This document shows positions 42,625 through 52,568 of a stretch of 64,000 nucleotides of DNA, in pieces (position 1 is the first letter of the stretch; each line of letters begins with the position of its first letter). The DNA is taken from NCBI GenBank assembly GCA_965261005.1, contig OZ253375.1:1056001-1120000 (forward strand), in the 5' to 3' direction. The notes below the pieces were generated by a model. It was not told the DNA's origin. It searched no databases and saw nothing but the letters and a program-made list of their open reading frames with translations. The stretch is from Deinococcus sp. (lineage in GTDB: Bacteria > Deinococcota > Deinococci > Deinococcales > Deinococcaceae). The position numbers and the translations under genes were made by a program.

Positions 42625-43629
42625 TCAATTCGCCGTGCTTTTGACCGTCGTCGCGCGTTCACCCCTGCCAAAAAAACTGCTGAGACCACCGCGCAGCTTA
42701 CGGCGCGTTCGCATGGGCATAAGCCAGATGCCCAAATAACGCAGGATTTCAAAGGCACGTCCTCCATTAACAACGATTTCACGCAGTAAACTTAAAAATG
42801 TTACCGCATTTCCTTGTTGAGCAGCGAAGGGAGAAACGACCGACACAATGAAGCCCACATAAGCATTCCTGCTAATGTTATATTCTTGCTTATGTTTCCT
42901 GAGCCATTTCAAAGACCATTTCCACTTTCCAATTTGCGACATCTGATTTCTGTCTTCTTCATAATGCCAGATTGCCATGATGTCCAACGGCACTTCCAAG
43001 CCGACACCACCGGATCTGGCTACTCTCAAGAGCCAATCTGTATCCTGATGCTTGAGCAAACCGGACTTGAAAGGCACCCTCGACAAAAGTTCTTTTCTGG
43101 TAAAAATCACTGTGCTCATCAGCGAACATTCCCGCTCGCTCAGGCTCTTTCGAGCAAGCAAATAGTCGCCAATCGGTTCACCCGCGTCAGGCAACCTGGA
43201 GGGGCTTCGGAAGTCTCCTTGCGGTGTGCGTGTGATCCAGCCACAGGCCACCACGGGCTGGGGATACTGCGAGGCCCGCGCCACCCGAAGCTGCCGCTCC
43301 AACTTTTCGGGTAGCCACTCGTCGTCGTCGTCAAGTAAAGCGATCCACTCGCCACGCGCCGCTTGGACGCCCGCATTGCGCGCGTCGCTGCCCCCCACGT
43401 TCGCGGGCAACGCCAACACCCGCAACCGGGCGTCGTCCACCGCCAACAACGCCCGCTCGGTAACCACATCCGGCCCATCGATCACCACGATCACTTCAAT
43501 GTTTCGGTACGTCTGTTCCAGTGCGCTGGGCAAAGCGCGCTCCATCAAGAGTGCCACCCGTTGACGCGTCGGTATCACCACCGAAACCGTTGGCGTCTCT
43601 GTTGAACCCGTTATCTGCTTGTTCACCAC
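42625..43629 (-). CDS. Glycosyltransferase family 2 (intact copy)
   Basis: VSVVIPT, VIVVIDG, IALLDDDDEW, HQDTDW; paralogous to 37437-38459. Confidence 0.9.
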   Translation of the reverse strand: MVNKQITGSTETPTVSVVIPTRQRVALLMERALPSALEQTYRNIEVIVVIDGPDVVTERALLAVDDARLRVLALPANVGGSDARNAGVQAARGEWIALLDDDDEWLPEKLERQLRVARASQYPQPVVACGWITRTPQGDFRSPSRLPDAGEPIGDYLLARKSLSERECSLMSTVIFTRKELLSRVPFKSGLLKHQDTDWLLRVARSGGVGLEVPLDIMAIWHYEEDRNQMSQIGKWKWSLKWLRKHKQEYNISRNAYVGFIVSVVSPFAAQQGNAVTFLSLLREIVVNGGRAFEILRYLGIWLMPMRTRRKLRGGLSSFFGRGERATTVKSTAN

Positions 43630-43881
43630 CGAAAAACCTCTTTCGTCAACGGCTCAAGAAGCCGCGCGTCCTCAAAAAGTCCGGTTTGCAGAGAGTCACT
43701 TCCTCAAAAGGGAAAGAGCAGGCGAATTACCGGACGCCGCTGCAACCACGTCACTATACCCTGCCATTCTTAGAAGCCAACCGTCTCTTGAGGGTTGACC
43801 AAATCAGCTTTCGGTCAGGTCCGAGTTCCCACGGCCGGCGCGCCGGAACCATTGGCATTCCCCCCAATAAGGCTCTGCTCT

Positions 43882-43979
43882 TCATCTCTTCGTTAAACTT
43901 CTTTCATGGACAGCTATTTGTTGCAGCTTCCCCAAATGGGAGCGGGTAGCTTCGGAAAAACTCCAAATTATAAAAAACC
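43882..43979 (-). pseudogene. Probable C-terminal remnant of the IS-disrupted GT2
   Basis: Reads (R)FFIIWSFSEATRSHL..*, aligning with RYLGIWLMPMRTRRKL and RYAATWLFPQQARRHL of the two intact GT2s. Confidence 0.5.
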
Positions 43980-44050
43980 GTATCTGATTAGCGGTGTACC
44001 CGTCGGTGGCGTTGCCAAGTGGACGCCGAGGGGTAAAGAGGGTTTGAAAC
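43980..44050 (-). mobile_element. Right-end fragment of an IS66-family element
   Basis: GTATCTGATTAGCG at 43980-43993 matches the IS66 terminal repeats at 57795-57808 and 61866-61879; minus strand reads FQTL like the transposase C-terminus. Confidence 0.7.
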
Positions 44051-45215
44051 CTCAGTACCCGACAGGAAGGTCTAAAGGTTGTGTGACACGAGGAGAGACA
44101 GCAGAGCCGGGGCAAACTGTGGTTGATGAGTACCCAGCCCCCCGGCACCACTGACGCTACCCTGCGCGCGCTCGTCGCGCAACACCTGCCCGGACGCCGC
44201 TCTGACCAGCGCGCTCGTCTCGCCGATATGTTGCTCGCTACCGTCCACGCCCAGCACGTCACTCACCGCAAACTCGCTCAGCACTTGCCGGGTGACGCCC
44301 GACCCGAAAGCAAAGAACGTCGCGTCGCCCGCTTCTTCGCCGCAGAGACCTTCACTCAGCACGAGGCCGCCCAACTGATCCTGCCGCTGTTGGGGAGCGG
44401 CAAGTTGACGCTCGCGATGGACCGCACCAACTGGCGCTATGGGCAATATGATCACAACATCTTGGTGATTGGGGCGGTGTTTGCTGGCTACGCTCTCCCC
44501 TTGGTGTGGGACGTGCTGGACCACGGCGGCGCCAGTTCGACCGCTGCCAGAATCGCGCTGCTCGACCGGCTGCTGAGCGTCATTCCCGCACAGCGCATTG
44601 CGGTGCTGCTGGCCGACCGTGAGTTCGTGGGCAAAGACTGGTTCGCGGCCCTGGAACAACGACGGCTCAAGCGCTGCATCCGCATTCGTGAGGACACCCT
44701 GCTCGATGACATCGCGGTTCGAGACGCCTTTGCACACCTGACGCCCGGCGAGGTGCGCGGCCTGCTCGACAAAGAGGTGGTCTACGGCGCTGAGATGCAG
44801 GTGGTTGCCACGCTGTCTAGCGAGGGCGAGCGCGTTGTGATCGCTTCGGACCTCTCGCTGTTCGACACCTGTGAGCGCTACCGGTCGCGCTGGTCCATCG
44901 AATGCACCTTCGGCGCCTACAAGCTGCGCAGCCTCAATCTGGAGGCGACCCACATGACCGACCCCGCCCGCATTGAAACGCTGGTTGGACTGCTCACCGT
45001 CGCCTTTGTCTGGGCATTGTTGGTCGGTCTGGTGCGGGAACAGGAGGCGCCCGTACGGCTCAAAACGCACGGGCGCAAAGCCAAGAGCACCTTCCTGACC
45101 GGCCTCGATCTGCTTGTGGACGCCCTCAAGTGGAACCTTGAGCGCGCAAGGTCTTGTCTGGCCCTCCTCTTCCCGGCCCTTCAGATGCCACCGACCCTAC
45201 CTGTCGGGTACTGAG
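44051..45215 (+). mobile_element. IS4-family insertion sequence, 1165 bp
   Basis: Perfect 16-bp TIR CTCAGTACCCGACAGG / CCTGTCGGGTACTGAG; no flanking direct repeat. Confidence 0.92.
44123..45214 (+). CDS. IS4-family DDE transposase
   Basis: MDRTNW, LLADREF, Y..RWSIE..F...K (YREK-type signature); stop lies inside the right TIR. Confidence 0.92.
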   Translation: MMSTQPPGTTDATLRALVAQHLPGRRSDQRARLADMLLATVHAQHVTHRKLAQHLPGDARPESKERRVARFFAAETFTQHEAAQLILPLLGSGKLTLAMDRTNWRYGQYDHNILVIGAVFAGYALPLVWDVLDHGGASSTAARIALLDRLLSVIPAQRIAVLLADREFVGKDWFAALEQRRLKRCIRIREDTLLDDIAVRDAFAHLTPGEVRGLLDKEVVYGAEMQVVATLSSEGERVVIASDLSLFDTCERYRSRWSIECTFGAYKLRSLNLEATHMTDPARIETLVGLLTVAFVWALLVGLVREQEAPVRLKTHGRKAKSTFLTGLDLLVDALKWNLERARSCLALLFPALQMPPTLPVGY

Positions 45216-45652
45216 GGTTCACCCGCGTCAGGCAACCTGGAGGGGCTTCGGAAGTCCCCTTGCGGTGTGCGTGTGATCCAGCCACAGGCCACCACGGGCT
45301 GGGGATACTGCGAGGCCCGCGCCACCCGAAGCTGTCGCTCCAACTTTTCGGGTAGCCACTCGTCGTCGTCAAGTAAAGCGATCCACTCGCCACGCGCCGC
45401 TTGGACGCCCGTATTGCGCGCGTCGCTGCCCCCTACGTTCGCGGGCAACGCCAACACCCGCAACCGGGCGTCGTCCACCGCCAACAACGCCCGCTCGGTA
45501 ACCACATCCGGCCCATCGATCACCACGATCACTTCAATGTTTCGGTACGTCTGTTCCAGTGCGCTGGGCAAAGCGCGCTCCATCAAGAGTGCCACCCGTT
45601 GACGCGTCGGTATCACCACCGAAACCGTTGGCGTCTCTGTTAAACCCGTCAT
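45216..45652 (-). pseudogene. 5' part of a GT2 gene truncated by IS4
   Basis: Near-identical to 43175-43611 (a few SNPs, one Asp codon fewer) and ends exactly at the IS boundary. Confidence 0.9.
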
Positions 45653-45662
45653 TCACCGCCCA

Positions 45663-46627
<965 letters not shown>

Positions 46628-46631
<4 letters not shown>

Positions 46632-48025
46632 GCAGTTGTCTCGGCCGGTTGGGGGCGGGGCGGGCGCTTGCCGATTTGCTCGACCGTACCTTGCAGCGGC
46701 AATTGACTGATCACGTTGCGGGTGTCGATGATCAGGCGGTTGCGCATGCCGGCGAGGGCACTGTCCCAATCAAGCTGCCGGTACTCGTCCCACTCGGTGG
46801 CGACGATCACCGCGTCCGCGCCGTGTAAAGCCTCTTCCACGTTGGCCGCTTCTTGGTAGTTCAGGTGGCCCCACTCACGGCGCGCGCGCGGCATGGCGAT
46901 GGGATCGTGGGCGACCACCGTAGCGCCGAGTTCGTTGAGGCGCGCGATGCAGTCGTGGGCCGGCGCGTCGCGCAGATCGTCGGTATTGGGCTTGAAGGCC
47001 ATGCCCAGCAGCGCGACGCGCTTGCCCTTGAGGCGGTGCAGGTGACGTTGCAGCTTGGAAATGATCAGGTGACGCTGGCGGCGGTTGACCTCCACGGCCG
47101 CCTCCAGAATGGGCATTTGATAGCCATACTCCTGGCCAGTGCTGATCAACGCCGAGGTGTCCTTGCCGAAGCAAGAGCCGCCCCAACCTGCGCCGGCGGC
47201 CAAGAAGCGGTGGCCGATCCGCTGGTCGTAGCCGATGCCGCGCGTCACCTCCTCGATGTCCGCGTCCACCCGCTCACACAGCCCAGCAATCTCATTGGCA
47301 AAGCTGATCTTGAGCGCCAAAAAAGCGTTGGCCGCGTACTTGATCATCTCGGCGCTGCTCAGGCCGGTCTCAACCAGCACCGGCCCGGTGTAGTTCTCAG
47401 GACGCGGCACGTAGCTCGGCGCGGCGAAACTTTGATCGAGCAGCGGGGCGTACAGCTCGCGCATGCGCGCGATGCCCGCCGGGCTGTCACTGCCCAGCAC
47501 AATGCGGTCGGGATATAGGCTGTCGTGCAGCGCCGTGCCCTCGCGCAAAAATTCCGGGTTGCTCACGACCAGGTAACGGTTTTCGTGGTAGGCGGCGGCA
47601 TGCTCTTCCAGCAAGCGCGCCACCCAGTCACCGGTTCCCACCGGCACGGTACTTTTGTTCACGACGACCTGCACCTTGCCGTTCAAGTTCTGGGCCACGC
47701 TTTTGGCGGCCTCGGCCACGAAGCGCAAGTCCGGCTGGCCGCTGGGCAGGGGCGGCGTGCCCACACAGATAAAAATGGCGTCCGCGTCTGGGATGGCCGC
47801 AGAGTAATCGGTGGTCCAGGTCAGGCGCGCTTGGCTGTCGAGCAGCAGTTGGTCGAGGCCCGGCTCGTAAATGGGCAACTCACCGCGCCGCAACAAATCG
47901 ATCTTGCCTTGGTCAACGTCGAGTCCGACCACCTCGTGCCCCAAATAGGCCAACATAATGGCCGTGCCCAGCCCAACATAACCTGTGCCGACGACCGCAA
48001 CTTTCAAGGGTTCCAAGTTTTGCAT
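46628..48025 (-). CDS. ugd: UDP-glucose 6-dehydrogenase
   Basis: [61 protein letters not shown]. Confidence 0.93.
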
Positions 48026-48084
48026 ACGCACATCCTTCTGCAAATGGGCGAACGGGCCTGCGCCGAACCCATCTCACACTGAGC

Positions 48085-48117
48085 ACATTAAAGGCCGGGG
48101 CGCTAAAGAAAGATAAA
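48085..48117 (-). promoter_or_regulatory. Island promoter motif, site 5 (ugd-uxs-GT2)
   Basis: TTTATCT-ttct-TTAGCGC-N9-TAATGT on the minus strand. Confidence 0.68.
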
Positions 48118-48220
48118 TGCCACAGAGATACTTCTCTGCTTAACACGCGTTAATACAATGCCAGTCAACCTTGAGAGAACGCTCCTAAGATCCTCAGTAA
48201 AACAGGCGAGGACTCTTTTT

Positions 48221-49177
48221 TTAAGCTGTACTTTTAAGCGGAGGAACGGTGGCCGCAAGCAGCCAATTGAGCGTGCTCCGAAGACCGTCCTCAAGCGAGG
48301 TTCGGGCCTGCCAAATCTCCCTCTTGCTGACCTGCGCGTCCAACCCCACGGGGTGTTGGTGAGGCTGGGCGGCGAGGGTGAAATCGAGTTGTCCCGCAAA
48401 GCCGACCAAGCCCTTGATCGTTTGGGCCAACTCACACAAGGTGGGCGATTCGGCAGGCTCCAAGCGAACGGCGCCTGGCCCCGAATGGCTGTACAGCAGC
48501 GACAGGCAGGCGTCGGCCAAATCCTCGATGTAGAACAGCTGACAGCGCGTGCCTTCGGCGCCAGGCACGGTGAGGCCGGGCAAGTTTAGCTCCTTTGCGC
48601 GCAGCATGTCGCGCAACACCGAGGGAATCACGTGACGGCGCTCCGAGTCGAAGTGGATGCCGGGACCATACGGCCCGGCGAACACGGCGCTCACGAAGTC
48701 ACAGCCGTACTGAATTCGGTAGCTGTCGCACAGCTCGGTTGCAGCGATGCGAACAACGTCGCAGGCGCGGTCCATTTCACCGACCAAATCCGACCACAAA
48801 CTCGCCATCTCAGAGGTGTCGGGCAACAGCTCAAAGGGCACTTGGCCATGACCGACGTACAAGAGCTTTTCGACTTCGTACAGGTAAGAAGCGTGGATCA
48901 GGTTCATGGCGACGCTCAGATTGTCGTGCAGCCACTGCGCCGGATACATCGCGTCGAGCAATCCGCCGTCCATCTTGGCAGTCGAGAACAGCACGTAGTC
49001 GGGCAGCTCCCGCTCAAAAAAAACAGCCAAGGCCACCTTATCGCGCAAATCCAAGTCTTGCGGAGGGGCGGTCAACACGTTGGTATACCCCCGCCCCTCC
49101 AAGCGTTTGAGCAGCGCCGCCCCAACCGGTTCGGTATGGCGCGCCACAAAAATCTTGGCGTGTCGCGGCGGCCTCAC
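48221..49177 (-). CDS. GDP-L-fucose synthase-like protein lacking cofactor-binding and catalytic motifs
   Basis: Colinear with the adjacent Fcl but AGHGGMVG is ARHTEPVG, GSSC is GHGQ, YAVAK is CDVVR; probable GTG start 49177; frame uninterrupted. Confidence 0.8.
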   Translation of the reverse strand: MRPPRHAKIFVARHTEPVGAALLKRLEGRGYTNVLTAPPQDLDLRDKVALAVFFERELPDYVLFSTAKMDGGLLDAMYPAQWLHDNLSVAMNLIHASYLYEVEKLLYVGHGQVPFELLPDTSEMASLWSDLVGEMDRACDVVRIAATELCDSYRIQYGCDFVSAVFAGPYGPGIHFDSERRHVIPSVLRDMLRAKELNLPGLTVPGAEGTRCQLFYIEDLADACLSLLYSHSGPGAVRLEPAESPTLCELAQTIKGLVGFAGQLDFTLAAQPHQHPVGLDAQVSKREIWQARTSLEDGLRSTLNWLLAATVPPLKSTA

Positions 49178-49268
49178 ACGTCCACCCAAAAACGCCCCGA
49201 GAGGGACAGCGTCCGCTGATTGTAAAAGCGCTTGCCGAGGAGAGGTTGCTTTGGGCGCACGATCATCC

Positions 49269-50216
49269 TCAACTTCTGACCAAATCGCCGTCACGGTGGG
49301 CCAAATACCACGCCAGCGTCTGTTCAATGCCGTCGCGGAGCGTCGTGCTGGCTTGCCAGCCGAGTAAACGCAGCTTGCCAACGTCCATCAGCTTGCGCGG
49401 CGTGCCGTCGGGCTTGCTGACATCGAAGACGAGTTCGCCGCCGTAGCCCACCACCTCACGGATCAGCAGCGCGAGGTCGCGAATCGAGAGGTCCTCGCCG
49501 GTGCCCACGTTGATGGGGCCGCTTTCGCTGACGTTCTGCATCAAGAACAGACAGGCGTCGGCCAAGTCGTCCACGTGTAAAAACTCGCGCATGGGTGTGC
49601 CCGAACCCCACACCTCCACAGTCGGCGCGCCGCGCTCACGCGCGTCCACCACCTTGCGCATTAGGGCGGGCATCACGTGCGAGCTGCTGAGATCGAAGTT
49701 GTCTCCCGGACCGTACAGGTTGGTGGGCATGGCACTGATAAAGTCGCGGCCGTACTGAGCGCGGTAGCTGTCGCACAACTCGATGGCGGCAATCTTGGCC
49801 ACCGCGTAGGCACGGTTGGTCTCTTCGAGGGGACCGCTCAGCAGGTACTCCTCACGCAGAGGCTGTGGCGCCAGCTTGGGATAGATGCAGCTGCTGCCCA
49901 AGTTGAGCAGCTTGCGCACGTCGGTCTCAAAAGCGGCATGAATAACGTTGGCCGCGATCATCAGGTTGTCATACAAAAATTGGGCGGGCTGAGTGCTGTT
50001 CGCCAAGATGCCCCCCACCTTGGCCGCCGCCAGAAAGACGTACTCAGGCCGTTCGGCTTCAAAGAAGCCGCGCACCGCCCCTTGGTCGCGCAAATCAAGT
50101 TCGCGGCTGGTCCGCGTAATCACGTTGCCGTAACCCTCTCGCTGCAAGCGGCGCAGCAAGGCCCCACCAACCATGCCGCCGTGCCCCGCCACGTAAATTT
50201 TCGCGCTGCTCTCCAT
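49269..50216 (-). CDS. fcl: GDP-L-fucose synthase
   Basis: VAGHGGMVG, AAAKVGGI.AN, LGSSCIYP, YAVAKIA, MPTNLYGPGDNF, SHV.PAL, VWGSG.P.REFLHVDD. Confidence 0.95.
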   Translation of the reverse strand: MESSAKIYVAGHGGMVGGALLRRLQREGYGNVITRTSRELDLRDQGAVRGFFEAERPEYVFLAAAKVGGILANSTQPAQFLYDNLMIAANVIHAAFETDVRKLLNLGSSCIYPKLAPQPLREEYLLSGPLEETNRAYAVAKIAAIELCDSYRAQYGRDFISAMPTNLYGPGDNFDLSSSHVMPALMRKVVDARERGAPTVEVWGSGTPMREFLHVDDLADACLFLMQNVSESGPINVGTGEDLSIRDLALLIREVVGYGGELVFDVSKPDGTPRKLMDVGKLRLLGWQASTTLRDGIEQTLAWYLAHRDGDLVRS

Positions 50217-50273
50217 GCTCCCTCCCCTTTCCCCACTCGGCGTGCTCAGCGGGGCGCTCGGCCCCGCACCGGT

Positions 50274-51323
50274 TCAATCGACGCCGACGCCCTTGAGGGC
50301 GATTTGGTGCCCGGCCTTGATCAAGGTCTGCTCCTGCTTCGCGAGTTCAAGGTCATGCTCGACCATCTCGCTCACCAAAGCCTCGAAGCTGGTCTTCGGC
50401 TGCCAATGCAGCGCCGCGCGCGTCTCCTTGGCGTCGCCCAACAGGTAGTCCACCTCGGCGGGCCGAAAGTAGCGTGGGTCCACCTCGACGTAGTCCTCGG
50501 CGTCGAGGCCAGCCAAGGCGAAGGCGCGCTCGGCGAACTCCCGTACGCTGTAGGCCTCGCCCGTCGCGATCACATAGTCGCGCGGCGCGTCTTGCTGCAA
50601 CATCAGCCACATCGCCTCGACGTAGTCGCGGGCGTGGCCCCAGTCACGCTTGGCCTCCAAGTTGCCCAGGTACAGCTTCTTTTGGAGTCCCATCTTGATG
50701 CGGCCGACGGCGCGGGTGATCTTGCGGGTCACGAAGGTCTCGCCGCGGCGCGGGCTTTCATGGTTGAACAGAATTCCGTTGCAGGCGTACATGTCGTAGG
50801 CTTCGCGGTGATTGACCGTTTGCCAAAACGAGTAGACCTTGGCGACCGCGTACGGACTGCGTGGGTGGAACGGCGTGGCGAGGCCTTGCGGCGGTTTGGC
50901 GGCGCCAAACATCTCGGAACTGGACGCTTGGTAGTACTTGACCGCGTGTCCGGTACGGTCGCGGTAATCGCGAATGGCTTCCAGCAAACGCAGGGTGCCC
51001 AGGCCGGTGATGTCGGCGGTGTACTCGGCTTGGTCGAAGCTGACCTTGACGTGCGACTGCGCACCCAGATTGTAGACCTCGTCGGGCTGCACGCGCTCGA
51101 TCAGCACGCGCAGATTGCCGCTGTCCGCCAAGTCGCCGTAGTGCAGGTACATGTGCGCCTGAGGATCGTGCGGATCGCGGTAGAGATGGTCAATGCGCTC
51201 GGTGTTGAAGCTGCTGGCGCGCCGAATGATGCCGTGAACCTCATAACCCTTGGCGAGCAACAGCTCGGCCAGGTACGAACCGTCTTGCCCCGTGATGCCG
51301 GTGAGCAGCGCTTTTTTGGTCAT
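50274..51323 (-). CDS. gmd: GDP-mannose 4,6-dehydratase
   Basis: [63 protein letters not shown]. Confidence 0.97.
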   Translation of the reverse strand: MTKKALLTGITGQDGSYLAELLLAKGYEVHGIIRRASSFNTERIDHLYRDPHDPQAHMYLHYGDLADSGNLRVLIERVQPDEVYNLGAQSHVKVSFDQAEYTADITGLGTLRLLEAIRDYRDRTGHAVKYYQASSSEMFGAAKPPQGLATPFHPRSPYAVAKVYSFWQTVNHREAYDMYACNGILFNHESPRRGETFVTRKITRAVGRIKMGLQKKLYLGNLEAKRDWGHARDYVEAMWLMLQQDAPRDYVIATGEAYSVREFAERAFALAGLDAEDYVEVDPRYFRPAEVDYLLGDAKETRAALHWQPKTSFEALVSEMVEHDLELAKQEQTLIKAGHQIALKGVGVD

Positions 51324-52093
51324 ACAGTTTTCTCCAAGGAGTTGAAGTTACGTACGCCCAACATCTGTAGGGCGAACAGTCCCACGAAACGCGGGTTGTG
51401 CTTGGCGTAACGCCGCCACAACCGGCGCGGCTCCATCAGCAGCCTGAACAGCCACTCCATGCCCACCCGTTGAAGCGCCGGGGGCGCCTGCTTAACGCGG
51501 CCGGAGTGAAAGTCAAAGGCCGCGCCGACGCCCAGCATCACGGCGGAAAGGCGGCGCAAATGGTCGGCCATCCAGCGCTCTTGCTTGGGGCAACCGATGC
51601 CCACCAAGACGATGCGCGCGCCGGAGTCCACCAACTGCTGGGTGTACGCCGCATCCTCTTCGGCGGTCGGCGTCCGGAAGGGCGGGGCAATCTGGCACAC
51701 CACCTGAATTTCCGGGAAGCGCGCTTCGAGAAACGTCACGAAGTCGCGCAGGCTTTCGGGCGTACCGCCGTACAGTCCGATGGGCACGCCCTCGCGCGCC
51801 GCCGCCTCGCACACCCGCAGCGTTAGGGTCGGGCCGTACACCCGGCTCGCTTCACGCGCCCCCAGTGCCCTCAGCGCCCACACCAGGGGCATGCCGTCCG
51901 GCACGACCAAGTCGGCCCGGTTCACGACCCCGCGAAAAGAAGCGCTGTCGTACGTCTCCATCACCATGTGAACGTTCGCCGCGCACACGTAACGGCTTTC
52001 GCCAGCTTTTGCCCAGTCCAGCACCCGCGCCGTCGCGCCCGCGTAGTCGCTCACGTCGGCGCGCATACCCAGAATTGAGCGTGCGGCGCTCAT
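51320..52093 (-). CDS. WecB/TagA/CpsF family glycosyltransferase
   Basis: [53 protein letters not shown]. Confidence 0.92.
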   Translation of the reverse strand: MSAARSILGMRADVSDYAGATARVLDWAKAGESRYVCAANVHMVMETYDSASFRGVVNRADLVVPDGMPLVWALRALGAREASRVYGPTLTLRVCEAAAREGVPIGLYGGTPESLRDFVTFLEARFPEIQVVCQIAPPFRTPTAEEDAAYTQQLVDSGARIVLVGIGCPKQERWMADHLRRLSAVMLGVGAAFDFHSGRVKQAPPALQRVGMEWLFRLLMEPRRLWRRYAKHNPRFVGLFALQMLGVRNFNSLEKTV

Positions 52094-52208
52094 AAGTTGA
52101 CCTCAGCCGGGCGCCAAGCCCACTGGGCGACCTTTGATTGAAAATTTTTTGCTGCCATTCACCCTTCCTTCTCGCCCGTTTCCGAGACACACGAGCGGAA
52201 ATGTCCGC

Positions 52209-52241
52209 ATGGTGAACGATTAGGCGTTAAGTGGGCGTTAA
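52209..52241 (-). promoter_or_regulatory. Island promoter motif, site 6 (WecG-type GT-gmd-fcl operon)
   Basis: Perfect direct repeat TTAACGC-ccac-TTAACGC-N9-CACCAT on the minus strand. Confidence 0.78.
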
Positions 52242-52568
52242 AGCCGGATTTTTCTCATGACCGGCCAACCGGCAAGGTCTGGCCAGCCTTGAGCAAGCCG
52301 GACGCGAGACAGCGGCAGCAGCGGCGGTGAAACCGAGCAGAGCGCCCGATCACTCATCAAACGTCCTTAGCAGGCACTGATACACTTACCCGCGACCGCC
52401 GGGATTATGTTCATGGAGGCTTTAGCTTTGCAAGCGAACGCGAAGCTGGGCTGTTAGCCTAAAAGAACGAGCGGCCATTCGCCAAGCTCCGCTTTGGGCG
52501 GTTGGTCAGGTGCAAGTCAGAAAAAACACCTATCTTTGGTGTCGCTGTAGAGCGGGCGGAGGTCTATT

